DNA of 64,000 bases from Lama glama (Eukaryota), in NCBI GenBank assembly GCA_028534125.1, contig CM052816.1, forward strand, positions 16,494,001 through 16,558,000, written 5' to 3'. Of this stretch, positions 12,209-26,225 are shown piece by piece. How positions within the stretch are numbered: the first letter of the stretch is position 1; each line of letters begins with the position of its first letter. A program made the translations under genes and the position numbers. A model generated the notes under the pieces. That model saw only the letters and a program-made list of their open reading frames with translations, was not told where the DNA came from and ran no database searches.

Positions 12209-13609
12209 CTATAGATCCTTTCTCAGAATGCTTTTTAAGATGCATGAATTATAATTCAAATAATTACAAATAAAACACGTATACTGAAAATTAGTTATCA
12301 AAGTACTTTACAAATGTGTGATGCAGTTAATACACATGCTCTTTATTAACATACTAAATGACATGTCAAGAAGTCTGATAACTACTTCAAAGTAATAATG
12401 AACATGCACTTTTTTCAAGATATAATCACAGCATACATGAAAAGCACTGAGATTCCTACTGATGGAACAAAGTTACAGGTTCAGTTGAAAACTGGAATTT
12501 GTTTTCTACATTAATAGAAGGAAACACTAAATTCCTGTTAATAGTAACAAAGACAATACTTTTCCAATCCAAATTCAGTACAGGTTAAGAAACCCTAAAC
12601 CTAGACTGAATTTCAAGTTTATATGATGTATAGAAGTTTATAGGGGATACAGAAAGAACAGGTTAAGTAACACCATGAGGAAACAGACAAATCCAGAATG
12701 TAAGGCATTCTACAGGACAATGTGGCCTTAACTTTTCAAAAAGCAGGCGGCTGGTGGGGGGGGGGTATTCTAGACTAAAAGACTTAGGAGACAAAAGAAA
12801 CTAATGCAATACATGTACCTTGTTTGGATCCTGGTTTGAAACAAACAACTATTAAGAGATCTGTAGGAAAACTGGCAAAATTTTAATACTAAATATTACA
12901 TGATATTATGGAATTACTGCTCAGTTTCACAGGTGTGATAATGAAAATGTGGCTATGTAGAAAAATGAGTACTTTTAGGAGACACATGGTGAAATATTCA
13001 GGGGTGAAATATCAAGATGACTGCAACTTTCAAATTCAGCAAAAGTACAAACACATAAACAGAGAGATCAAGGAATTATGAAAAAAAACTCATAACTATT
13101 AAACCTAGATCAAGGACATATGTATGGGTGAGTGTATATCTGAAATTTCTCATTTTAAAAATGGGAGAAATGTTGTAGAGGTTTATGAGAAAATGTTAAA
13201 AAAAATACTACTGAATATGGAAAGGGGATTTCTAAAACAATATGAAGTATAACTGCAGGAGCATATATAAAAGAAAATATTAACAATATTACCTTTAAGA
13301 GTTAGGGATGAGTGGTAATGTTCTTTTTTCTTAACTGTATTTTCTGATATTATAAAATTATAAAAATAACTTTCTAAATACCTGTGTAATAAAAAAAGTA
13401 GAATCTTTATTTTACAAACTATAAGGACAATATAATCAAAAGGCATGCTTGATCATCACTTAACCACTCTAAACTTGTTTCCTCATTTATAAAATAAGAT
13501 TATCATTTACTTAAAAGAAAAAAAAAGACTATCATTACCTTTAGAGAGCTTCTGTGAAGATTAAACAAACTATGATCCACTGAATAAGTTCTATGCTAAT
13601 ATGAATAAA

Positions 13610-14350
13610 AGAGAAGGAAAATTTCTTCTCTAATAGAAAATCAACTAATAAATATAGAAGGAATAGCATTTAGAAAAATCACCATTTAGGAAATATCATA
13701 ATAATATTCAGGCAAGAATTATGAAAGAATGCTAAAGCAAGTAGGTGAAAATTTACTAAGAAACTGAGTATTTACATAGTCTCACAGTAACTCCCAACAG
13801 ATTATTTATTGATTACAAAGAGGAGGAATACAGTAACTCTCCAGTGGAGAAACCTGACAAACAACACTTTAACTATGTAAAGAAAATAACATCCCCAATA
13901 ATGGGACAAATAAGCATCATGTATCTCCTTATAAAAAGCACTGAGAAGGATACAACATCATTTTCTGTGGTAATTCCTGTCAAAATTACATTAACCTCAA
14001 TCTTGTCATGAGGAAACATCAGACAAACTCAAAGTGAGGGATATTCTACAAAATAATCAGCTAGTCTTCAAAAATGTCAAGGTAGAAAAAACAAAAATAG
14101 ACTGAGAAATTCTTCCAGATTAAAGGAGGCTCACAGACATGAAAACTAAATACAGGCATTTTGGATTGAAATTGTACTAGAAGAAAAATACTGATAAAAT
14201 TTGATTAAAGATTCTGAAGTAAATAATAAACAGTATTGTATCAATGTTAAATTTTCAAATTCTCATCATTATAGTTATGTCCTTGTTCTAAGTAACAGAA
14301 ATGATGTCTGTAAGTTACTCTTATATGGTTCAGAAAATGTATTAAATATA
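13610..14350 (+). mobile_element. Old L1MC-type 3'UTR
   Basis: CAGTGGAGAAACCTGACAAACAACACTTTAAC, ATGAGGAAACATCAGACAAACTCAAAGTGAGGGATATTCTACAAAATAA. Confidence 0.7.
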
Positions 14351-14387
14351 TGTATACATACAGAGAAGAATGGAAAGTGGAATGGAA

Positions 14388-14572
14388 AGTAAGAGGAGGG
14401 GAAAAGAAAAGAGGGAGGAGAGAGACAAGGAAGAGGGAAACTGAAAGGAAGAATGAGGAATAGGAATCGAGAAGGCATGGAGAGAGGGAAGGGCAGGAGG
14501 AGAGAAGATAAGGGAGGAGGAGGGGAAAGAGAAGGAGAAGGGAGGAGGAGGAGGGAAAGGGAGCGTAGAAGA
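14388..14572. repeat. Polypurine (GA-rich) low-complexity tract
   Basis: About 185 bp of almost only A/G on the + strand. Confidence 0.9.
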
Positions 14573-15675
14573 AATGTGGGTAGTATAGCTGAGAATTTTT
14601 TTTTAATTTTATTTCATTTTAATTAATGTTTAATAGCTACTAAGGACTATTTTATCAGATAGCATAGTTCTAGATTCTCTATAGAAAACAACATCAAACA
14701 CATAAATTCTTTATTAGAATAATGACCAGGACAAGGTAGAACTGCACATGTCTGTACTATCCCACTCCTGACAACTTTAATATAAAAATACCTGTTTGTA
14801 TCCTCTTGCATAAAGGCATGCTTGAGGCACAAATAGGTAGGCCCCTTTAGATACTGCTGAAAATTAGTGCAGACATCAACTAACATCTCACCAAGACTAA
14901 GCATCAAAAAATACTAGAATCAATGAAGATGGGATGCCAAAAGGAATTTGGACCTGTTTAATCTGTCAACTCAGAATGCCAGTTTCCAGGGAATTTGTTT
15001 CACCACAAGTGGGCAAATTTGCTCTCTACACTCATATTATGAACAGCCTATACTTTGGTTTTTCAAAGGTTATTTGTCCACTAAACTGATCAACCCAAGT
15101 CAGTCAACCTTGGGAGATGGGAGTGCTAGATTGCTGAAGGGCTGACAACAGCTCCAGCAAATGTCATCAAATGTCACAGATAAGACATTTCAGAAGGAAT
15201 GATTTGTCCCATGGATACTGCATTCCTGTATCCTAGCATTCCACTGCCACTGCATCAACACAAAACAGAAAAGCTTTCAAAGGTTACACAGGGAGGGAGT
15301 CAAGAGATAACTTAAGTGAAGCCAGCTCCAAGTAGTCATGTGGTCATGTTTGGGTTTTAATTATTAAACAAGTATAACATATGACAATTCACTTTCCCAA
15401 AGAACGAAACTCTTTTTTTTTTTCTTCCTTGAAATAAAAAGCCTTCTTAAAAGGAGCTCAGAGAAAAGCTGTTAGCTCAATCCTTGTCTGTGGAAAGAAA
15501 CTCATCTGAGGACTTAATGGCTTTTCAAAACCAGAAAATCAAGGTCCAAACAGCATACATATGCACTCTTATATTGTTTTAGAATCTACAACTTGTGCCC
15601 AATTTCTTCATAAGTAAAACTGGGGTCAGGATGAGAGTCCTGAGCTGAAAGACAAGTATGAAGCCACAGGGAAGT

Positions 15676-16327
15676 TGTAATGGAGGACTCTATGGGGCCT
15701 TCTGGAACAGACTCCCCTACCTCCCCCAGTGTCGTCACCTTGACTCCTGTCTGTAGAAAAACCTTAGCCAAAGAATAAATTTAATCAGAGAAATGAAAAA
15801 ATAGATAAGCAAAGAAAAGCAGTCAAACAGGGCAAAATAGTAATAGTTTAGTTATTAAATAAAGTCAAGGACCCTTAGTTCCTCCTCAAAGGCTATAGAT
15901 AATATTCTGAGCCATATCCTTTGAGCTGCTTTATAGACACTAAAACCCCTACCAGGTGGAATAAGTTAACTACAAGATGGCCAGAGTATAGCCATGACAG
16001 AAGTTGCTCCATCTTATACAATTTCAAGAACTGGTCTCAAAGAAGTGTGAACAAACCCTGGAACCAAAGATTAACTGTACTTTAAAAATCAAGATGACGC
16101 TAATCAGACCACCGCAGGACCAATTTCAAGATGACTATCAGAGTTGACTGTGCAGTTCTGCACGTAGACCCCTCCCCTCCACCTATACACCCCCGAAACT
16201 CCCCTTTTTATTAAAAGCTCTTGCCCACTGACAGGTAGCAGAGAGTTGGTTCTTTAGGACATGAATTCATCTTCTCCCGAGGTTGCCAGCTTCCTAAAGA
16301 AAGCAACCTTTCCTTTCCTACAAAACA
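15676..16327 (+). mobile_element. ERV1-type solo LTR
   Basis: Starts TGTAATGG and ends CAAAACA. Near-TSD AAGT/AAGC. ATTAAA at ~16210 followed by a U5-like end (AAAGCAACCTTTCCTTTCC). Confidence 0.7.
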
Positions 16328-19300
16328 AAGCTGTCAAGGAGGAAAGCTGTTTGGAGATAACTCAAAGAGTGAGGAAGCTACCCAAGGTGGGCCTGGGAAG
16401 CCTGAGTTAAGCCACTCAGAGAAAAAAATAAAAGACTTTAGAAAAATTAAGATTGTCTGAGAGAAAGAACAAGAGTCCTCTGATGATTTGTACATGCTGT
16501 TTAAAATAATTTTTTTCTTAATTCTCAGGGGAAAAAAGTCTTCTTGGTCTGTTATTTTCTTAATTTTGACACTCTGGGATACAAAACAATTTCAATTTCT
16601 GCTTAACGGGAAAAAAGGCAGAGTGTAAGCACAATAATAATAAATTGCAAATGATAACCTGACTTCTCTGGGTCTCGGGAGACCTCTAGGAGGGGCCAGG
16701 ACTGGTAAATGGGAAAAGCATGTGCCCAGCTCCCATCAGCTCCAGGCAATCTTTACTACACAGACCTAGGGTCAGCAGATCATTTGATATTTCAAGAGAC
16801 CCAGACATGCAGATTTTTATGTGAAATCTCCCAATTTTAATGATAGCAACTTGTTCCAAAAATGTTTCCCTCTGTGTAGGACAAACAATCATCTCTGCAA
16901 CCAATGAACAAGATTCTCCCCTGAAGTCCTTTCCAGTTCTACAGTCCAGAACTCTACAACCTCTTAACTAATGTCTCTGAGGTCTCCAGCCTCCCACATA
17001 AAAATTCACCAGACTCAGACTAGCACTAAAAGGTGTTAAGGGAAAGGGCTCAGTCACTCACTTCCATTGAGAAACTTGAAATATACCCACACTTGAAAAT
17101 TGAGAACTCATTCAGTGTGTTTTCAAGTCTTTCAATAACCATGATGGAAGCAGACTGCCTTGTGCAGCATCTTTAATCAAAGGCCCTGCCAAGAGTGACA
17201 CCGCACATTATTAAACTACACAATGCAACCAAGCTATACTTCTGGTGACTCCAACCATAAAGATTACAAAAAGTAGAGGTAGAACATTTAAAATCTAATG
17301 AAAACATGTTCTCTGGAAAGAACATGGCTTCTTGAACCACCTTTGACACTTACTTTTTTTCTGACCTTGGGCAAGTCACCTCACCTTTCTGGATCCCCAG
17401 TTTTCTCATCGATAAAATGAAAGGGCTTAAATTCTAAGCTCCAAATCCTCCTAGCTCTCAAATTCTAGTGTTCCCTTCATTTAAATTTCTCTCAATGGCC
17501 TCTTAATTGTTTCATTAAATGTAATTAATTATTCCCAGGTTTAGCCTGTGGTCTTCCTAGCTGTATTTTAAGGTTAAAGATAACTATGCTTATGCTTCCT
17601 TATATGTCTTAAGTTGCTGGCAAGGTACTTTATGCAAAGATGGTTTATGCAGAGCACAGCATTAGCTGAACTAAATTTATGCAACCTGGTTTTAAAATAT
17701 TTACAAGCCTACCAAGACAAAGCTCCTGCCTCAGTCTTAGTCATATCTTCTGCTTCTCTACAATTAATGGTATTGTTTAGAGTAGCTAAACAAATAACTT
17801 TTAAACTCTTGGCAGTTTCTAGTTTTCCAATTAAGTTACAGAGCACTCCCTCACAAGATCTATTACAAAACTTACTAGAGCTAGCCAACCTTAATGAATT
17901 ACAGCAACCTTAGGTTTTTCCAGGAGGGATCACGCTTAGTTCAACTAAATAAAAAGTTAAACTGTAGTTATTTAGTTTTCATTACCTTATAAATAGCAAT
18001 CCTGTGTATAAAGCAAAAGTTCACTATAAATTCAGAAAGGGGCAGAGATGTAGGTGTTTGACTAGCTATCTTTACAATAGAGAGAGAAATGGGGAAGCAA
18101 CAAGCAGAAAATAAAAGCATAGTTCCAGCAGAACCAAGGAAGCTGACTGTTGGCAAACTGCCTCATTCGTGCAAAGAGCTACATAACCTTCTCCAAAGAC
18201 ATTAAATGTTCATTTACAACAGAATGGCTACATCATTCTTAAAATGTGTCTGCGCCAAAGCTTTAGGATATCCTTACCTAGCTACTCAATGCCAATTTTT
18301 TTTTTTAACAGCAAGGTTAAGTTAATGCAATGTTAGGATGGTTCATTTAAATGCAAATCAGGAAATTCAGAAATTAAAAGTACCCACAGAAACGGTAACT
18401 GTCACACTGCAAACGATACAGGATTGTGTTATTACTCAGTGCAGTCATAGGGATGCCAGGTTGCATCTGCATTAAATAGAGAACACAGCTGTTGGAAACT
18501 CAACTCTCAAATCTCCCGGTTACTGACCAAAAATACAAAGTAACCCTTATAATTAAGACTCACTCTGATACCTATCTATTTTACTAAATCCACCCCTAAG
18601 CCTGTCACTTTCTTCTAAAATGTAAACTAGGTGGGGATAGGGGAAGAGGGTCAAGAGGAGTAAAAGAAAGTATAAAACACAGGTTCATGTAAACAAAACT
18701 TGCTTTACCCTGCCACCGCAAAAAAAAAAAAATGCAATCTCTTTCTAATCACAAGTATAATATCATCATCCCCCTCCCTCAAAAAAAAATGCTGAGCCTT
18801 AGTCAAACCTGGGGGCCAAAATATAATCAGAGTAAAAAATCTCCTATTTACTGCAGAGTACTGGATCACATAAACCATCATTTGTATGTAATCAACTCAT
18901 TCTATACAAATACATTTTGTATCAGGCACTTTTTTGGCACACAGTAGAAGTCACTCTCTTTCCAAGTATATAGATCACTGAGAAAAATGACAACTGGCTA
19001 GATCTTTATTATTTTTAAAGATTATAATTATTATAGTTATTTTATTACTTTTTTAAAGATTATAATTATTTTTAATCATAATAAAACATACCATCACTCT
19101 CATTTTATTCCTTTTCTTACTTTCTCTAGAGTACCAAAAGCAATGGGGAAACACAGGGAACAGCTGATTGAAAGTACTGCCATGCCACAAACATCAGGAG
19201 ACACAATGATTACCAAAATGCCAAGAAAAGGACAAAAGGTAAACCTTAAAAAAAGAAAGTTCAGTCAACCATTTAGCTGCTCAATCAGCAAATATTTGAG

Positions 19301-21432
19301 TGCCTTCTCCATAAAGTCAATATTCAAGACCAAAAAACAGCCTTCACGAAACTTCACTGTGGTAATAGCAGGAATAAACATATGAGACAATATCTGTGCT
19401 AGGAAATAAATTAGGCAGGGTAACAGTAATGAAATTAGGTAGGGTCCTTCGAGGGCCTTTCTGCCTTGATAACATTTGAGCTGAAATCTGAAAGTCAAGA
19501 AAGAGCCAATCAAGTGAATTATCTGGAGGAAGAGCACTGCAGGCAGAGGTAACAGAGATGAGGCAGCATCTCCCAGGACTTAGAAGAAAAGGCGGCAAAC
19601 GTGGCTGAAGCACAGAGCAAGAAGAGGTGAGAAGAGATCAGGTGAAGGAAAAGAACAAAAACAAAGCCAAGCTCCAGAGCTGCTGAAGTAACTGCAGTCT
19701 GAACTCAGTATCTAGGTTTGTTCACTTAGCTTCCACCCCCACATGGCTGAGACCATTAACAATGGAAGAGTGTTTAACAGAAAACTGCACTAAGCCCTCA
19801 TAACAGACAACTGATTATGGATGCACAGGAAGTCTCTTATTTCCACAAGGAACTGGATGACTCTGGTCTCAAAAACAAAGATGAAACCAGCATCTATCTG
19901 GACTGGAAGCACAAGTGAAAAGAGAAATAAAAAGGAAAAGAGGTTTTTGTTTTGTAACAATGGGACTAAAAGGCAGAGAAACTTCTCTCACATCTGAGAA
20001 ACCCACAGGAAGAAAAGGACTGTACTTTTCTTGGAGAACCAGGAGAAAAGATGCCTAAACTTGACCAGAGTCTAGGAAGTTACCCACACCGAGTGAGAAA
20101 ACAAGAAAGAACTGTCTGTAAAACTTGTAGTAAACACCTTTGATGACCTATTCTGTCGTTCATTAATCAATGACTGACCAATTACTACATTCTTGGGATC
20201 ATCACAGCAGTTAATTATTAAGCACAAAAGGAAACGGGTGCAGGTGCCTTTACAATGGAGAAATCTGGCAGAGGTCACTTAATGCCAAGTGTTTAAATTT
20301 AACCTCACCACCAGTGGAACAACTTGACAATGGCTGCGATGTCGAGAAAGGTACATCATTACATACGCAGCGTTCTTGTCAAAAGTGGAAACAATGAGAC
20401 AAATCTAAACTGCAGACATTCTTCAATAGTGGCCTAAAAAGTGTCAATGTCATTAAAAAAAAAAAAAAAGACTGAAAATCAAATCGACAGAGACATGACA
20501 ACTAAATGCAGTATAGGATTTTTATTGATGCCTGGAATTTAATATGAATATGGACTGTACACGAAATCAGTACTTCCGGGAATCTTATTTAAAGGAAAAT
20601 TCTGAATCAGTAGTTTCAGGGTACCATGTAAGAGTCTACATTTCTTGCAAGTTCCTAAGGAGAACATACACCAGTTCTTGGACCACTCTTTAGAAGGAAT
20701 CATATGTTACCATAACAATGTAAATTTTCTTGCATGCTATTGTACTTAAGGGCAATGTCCTTATTCTTAGGAGTTACATGCTAAAAAACTTAGCAGTGAA
20801 GCACCCTGGTGTCTGCAATTTACTTTCAAATCTCAGAAAAAAGTTTATATTGAACAATGGAGCAAATTTGAAAAATGTTAACAACTGTCTAGATGAAGGG
20901 ACAAATCAAGTGCTCACTGTACTTATTACTCTTCAAACTTCTCTATATATATTTGAAGATTTTCAGGAAAAAAAAGTTGGGGAAAATGCTCAGTCTAGAC
21001 AGGAAAACAGTTACAAATACAACAAAGTATAAAGTTGTAAAGTAACCCATCACTGCAAAGAGGGGCACCCAGGAAGGAATCCCCAATGGCCAGGGAATCC
21101 TCACTGAGGATCTGATGTACTAGGCAGGAGGGAGAGCAGCTGTTTCAGGTTGTGCTAAGGGAATAGAGAGCTCTGGCACCTTCTAAGAACCACAATTATG
21201 AGCAAAAAACAGAGGATAGTGAAACAGCAAAAGATAAGTCTGAAAGATACACAGAGAAATTAAGACATTAGAGGTTTGGGTTTTTCTTTCTTTTTAGTCC
21301 AACAGTTTTATTGAAAGATATGAACAGAGACCCTCTCCCCCTGCAGTCCTGACAGCATCAGCCTCAAGCTCTGAGCATCTAGGCAACCTGAGAATGTACT
21401 TTTTCTTTTGTGACTTAAAAACACCCATTCTA

Positions 21433-21800
21433 CCCACACACCTACAGTTGATTAATCTTTGACAAAGGAGGCAAGAATATACAGCGGAGGAAAGACAGTC
21501 TCTTAGCAAGTGGTGTTGGGAAAACTGGACAGTCACGTGTAAATCAACGAAGTTAGAATACTACTTCACACCAATGGCTTAAACACTTGTACATGAAGAT
21601 AAGACATGATAAACCTAGAAGAAAGCATAGGCAAAACATTCTCTGACATAATAAACCTTAGCAATGTTCTCCTAGGGCAGTCTACCAAGGGAATAGAAAA
21701 AAAAAGCAAAAATAAATAAATGGGACCTAATTAAACTTAAGCTTTTGCACAGCAGAGAAAACTATAAATGAAAAGACAACCTATAGGAGAAAATATTTGC
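21433..21800 (+). mobile_element. Internal L1 ORF2 fragment with TSD but no 3'UTR or poly(A)
   Basis: L1 ORF2 sequence (AATCTTTGACAAAGGAGGCAAGAATATAC...TGGGACCTAATTAAACT). Flanks AAAAACACCCATTCTA (21417-21432) and AAAAATACTCATTCTA (21801-21816). Confidence 0.85.
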
Positions 21801-24800
21801 AAAAATACTCATTCTAATCTTACTGTTTATAATAATTACTTGAGAAATCTTGAAATGCACCCCTCCTCCAAAAAAAAGATTAAAAAAAAAAAAAGGAGCA
21901 AGCTCCACCTCTTACAGTTACCAATGAAGACCAAAAGCCGACAGCATGTGTTGTCCTGACCAGAACAGTATTTCCCCAATCTAAAGGACTCCAAAACACA
22001 ACTGGAGAGAGAACTCAGTTCCTTAAACTCCACAAGCCCCAAGCCAAGAGTTTTCCTCCCAATCTACTACCCCTGTGGCCTTCCTCACCTCTGCTGACCA
22101 AAGCTCCAGCAAATTGGTCCCCTAGAAAAAGACTCTAGGCCCCCCTTTCTCCTCTTCCCTCCCCTCCTCTGCATCTTAGTAAACATCTCACTCTACTAAC
22201 CCTTCCCATTCTTAGGAGTCTTATTTCCAATCATTCTACAGACAGCACCCAGTTATCACTGTCATGGAACTCCCCTCTGAAAAAAACTTGGGACTGCTTC
22301 CCTATTAGAGGCAGGTTGGAACCGAAACTCCTACAAACAAACCTGACCCGCACTAGCCTGTCAGACTCATCACCTGTCTCCACTCAAAACTCTTCTCCAG
22401 ACAGTCCCAGATCTTTATAAAACCCCTATCCTCTGCCCAGAGACCTATTCCAGACTTTTCCATTTTCCTTCAAGGCTCAGAAAAATGTCCTCTGCTTCCA
22501 TAGAAACAGCTGTTCCCTCTTTTCTGGGTTCCCCAGCACTTTACAAGCATCTCTATTATAGCACTGGCCATACAGCACTGTATCAGTGTGTCTGTCTCCC
22601 ACGAAGTTGAGAGCTCCTTTGAACACAGGTACCACGGCTTTTCTAAGCATGGTATCTTTCACCTAATAACATTCTATAAATGATTAACTGAACTGGTTAG
22701 GCTGTTTTTCAGTTTTATTTAGCAACACATCTAGCAAATGTCTCTCTCCCAATATAGATTAGCAAAATGGGTACAGATTGCCAATTCTTACCCATTAGTG
22801 ATATTACTAAAGCTAATCCCATTGGTTTGTAGCAGTGGTGATTTACACATTCCTAACATCTCCCCTAGCACCGTCTTTGAAAGGCAGACTTAATAAATGC
22901 ATTGTATTTAACTGAATCCTTCTGACTATAATTGAGATATAGCAAACTAATGCCTTAGACCTAATTTAAAGACACTTAGAAAACATCATATCTTTCACTG
23001 GTCTTAACAAACCCAAAGAAGCTTAAATTTCTCTCAAGGATTGCCATCTTCCATTTCCTTCAGTTTTTCCACTCCTCCCAAGGGATCAAGCTCACATTTC
23101 ACTTAGCCACTTCTGTGCAAAATGACAGGTTTCTAAAGATACACTTCAAGGTCAGTCTAGAGCTTTCCTGAGAACATGATGACCCCAGGTTCAAGGAAGC
23201 AAAATAAAATTGTAACAGATAAGAAACCTTTGCCAACTTACAGATCCCCAGGAATAAAAAACCCCCACAAACACTGACTAGTCAGTAATAGTAACTCACC
23301 CATTCAGCTCTGCCTATTCAATGCACTATCATATTTCACAAACCATGATTAAGAGTCTAGATTAATATTGAAATATTTAACATAATGAAATGCTCAACAT
23401 ACCATTGGAGAATAGTAACAATGCATTTTTGCTTGGAAAGAAAGCATGTATCAGAGCTGCACAGGACAAATGGACTATTAGCAAAGGCTCCTATCCTTCA
23501 TGTCACTTGAAATGGGCCACACTGAATGCATTTTCTGAGTTATGGCAGCACCTTCAGTTTCAAGAACAGTCTGCAGTCTAACCTGGCTAATAAACCAGTA
23601 CAGGATTATGTAACCTGATAATTAACTGGGCTCCCAGTTCACATCTTCAATTCATAATGTCTAATACTAACAAAACAAACCACAGCAAAAAACATTTCCA
23701 AAATACAACTGATGATCCACTTGTTTATAACAATATTTAATAATGCAACTCAGAATAAGAAAATGAAGGAAAGCCACAGCTTGATATAATGAAATGGAAT
23801 AGCAAAAACAAAGCAATCCAAGAAAGAACTACCTTTTAAATGCAATTAAGGAATCAGATCAGTTATTTAATACAATTAAATTGGATTAAATTATTCATTA
23901 CCAAGTTTTTTAATGCAAATGATAAGTTTTTTCTTCTGTAAAGCCCTCAAAGTCTTTTTTAAAAAATTCTTACAAATGAAAATTATAATAACCTCCACAA
24001 TTATCTCTTCTTTTACTACAGCGGGTACATGGAACAATGACAAGAAATTTTAAAAATCTAATCACACTACTTATAAAATACTTGTTCCAAATGACCAAAT
24101 CCTTTTTTTACAAATACTTAGAATAACACTCAAAGTTGCCTTTCGAACTATGTTTACCTTATATGCATTGCTCCAAACTTGCAGCCAGTGAAAAGGTACA
24201 AATTAAGCCCTAATCAAAAAGTGGGGTTGAAAGATGATCCTACTTCCATCAAGAAGTAAACAGAAATGCATGCTAATTTCAACCTCCATTAGAAATAGGT
24301 CAGGGGTATGCTTCCACATGCAGAAGAGATAATTTGACAGTTATTAAAAAAAACTAAAGAGAAAAATAATGAACATTTAGAGGCTCCAACAGAGAAGGGG
24401 CAATGCTAAAGTTTTATTTTGAAGAGTGGTTATTTCTGCACACTTGGAACTTTCAATAATGGATAAATGAAGTGCAGCCTTCTTGCAAGTGAGCAAAACT
24501 ACATGAGCCAGGGCAGATCGAATAAGCTGTCTACCTCCCTACACTGTTCAGCCCATTCAGCCCAGGCCTACAATATCGGAGGATAAGCGGACTACCACAC
24601 TACACAAACAAAAACCAACACCCTTGTGGTCTGGAAGCAAGCACACTGGCATATGGGCAAATTTTAGGAACTGTTGCCTGTGAGATACTCCCTGATGCCT
24701 GCTGTATTTAACTTTTTTTCTTAAGAGAAAACAGAAGGTACTAATAAGACTTAAATTCTCCAACATGTACAGTATAACCAAAATTCCTTTAAGACTTCTA

Positions 24801-25139
24801 AAAGTGTGGCTTCAGTCACTCATGAAGAATAAAATGATTTGGGCTGGGAAAATAGGAAGGATTTGATGTTTTTCACTACTCGTTTAACTCTATATAGAAG
24901 ATCAAACTTGCAAAACATGTATTTTTTGAATGAATTTATTTTTTTATCTGTTTATTTTTTCACTTTTTACATGCAGTAAAATTCACTCTGGTATACTATT
25001 GTATAACTTTTGACAAACTCAAAACAGTTGTGTAATCTCCTCCGCAATCAAGATACAGAAAAGTTAAAAGAATTCACTATATTTTCACAACAGCATGCAC
25101 ATACAACTAAACTGAAGAATATAAACATACAAAATATTA

Positions 25140-26188
25140 GCTTCAAGAGCTAATTTGGTACCAACTTACTACAAAGCTGCAATAATCAAAATAGTGTGGT
25201 ACTAGGAAAAAAAAAAGAAAGAAAGAAAAAAAAAGAAAGAAATACAGTTCAACATAACAAAACAGCCCAGAAACAAACCCTCTCATAGTCAAATAAGTTT
25301 CAACAAGTGTGTCAAAACCATTCAATGAGTAAAGAACAGTCTTTTCAACAACTGTGGCTGAGAAAACTGGAACTCCACATGTTAAAGAATGAAGCTGGAC
25401 TCTTACCTAAAAAATTAACTCAAAATGGATCAAACATCTAAATATAAGAACTAAAACTATACAACTCTTGGAAGAAGTCACAGGGCAAAAGTTTTACATT
25501 AGATTTGGCAATGATTTCTTAGATATGACACCAAAGGTACAGCTAACAACAAAAAAACAGGTAAATTGGACTTTATCAAAATAAAAACTTTCATGTACTA
25601 AAGGACATTATTAACATAGTGAAAAAGCAACCCAGACAATAGAAAATGTCTGCAAAACATGTATGTGCTAAGAGATTAGTATCTAGAATATACAGAGAAT
25701 TAGAACCAAAACAAACAGTCCAGTGATGTGTGAAGGACTTGGACAGACATTTCACCAGAGATATACATATGGCCAATAAACATATGAAAAGACACTCAAC
25801 ATCACTAATCATTTGGGGAATGTACATCAAAACTACAATGAGATACCACCTCACATTCATTAGGATGGCTACTATCAGAAACACAGAAAATAACAAGTGT
25901 TGGCAAGAATGTGGAGAAATTACAGCTCTTGTGCCCTGCTGGTAGGAATGTAAAATGGTACAGCCACCGTGGACAACAATATGGCAGTTCCTCAAAAAAT
26001 TAAAAATAAACTTACCATATTAATCCAGCAATTCTACTTCTGGGTACATAGCCAAAAGTAGTGAAAGCAGTGTCTCAAAAAGATATCTGTACACTCATAT
26101 TCATAGCAGCATTATTCACAGTAGCTAAAACTTGGAAGCAATCCAAGTGTTCACTGACAAATGAACAGATAAGCAAATTGTAGGATGG

Positions 26189-26225
<37 letters not shown>

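Larger units (their letters stand above)
11654..12597 (+). mobile_element. Charlie4-like hAT element hosting the MER33
   Basis: Ends AGGGATTCTAAATCT...GCCATGGACCCCTTT and CAGGTTAAGAAACCCT form degenerate TIRs. The sequence resumes after MER33. Confidence 0.6.
11030..13170 (+). mobile_element. Ancient L1M (MC/ME-type) 3' region split by the nested DNA transposons
   Basis: Typical old L1 3'UTR motifs on both sides of the nest (CCAAAGTATCACC, ACTAATTACAAGGG, AGACAAATCCAGAATGTAAGGCATTCTACAGGACAA). Confidence 0.55.

Noticed and set aside
23176..23190. ATGATGACCCCAGGT, resembling the C-box start of SNORD48 as recalled
   Set aside because: The similarity stops after 15 nt, with no terminal stem or properly placed D box. 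Likely chance.
25591..25995. 134-aa minus-strand ORF
   Set aside because: Antisense frame of a decayed L1 ORF2.
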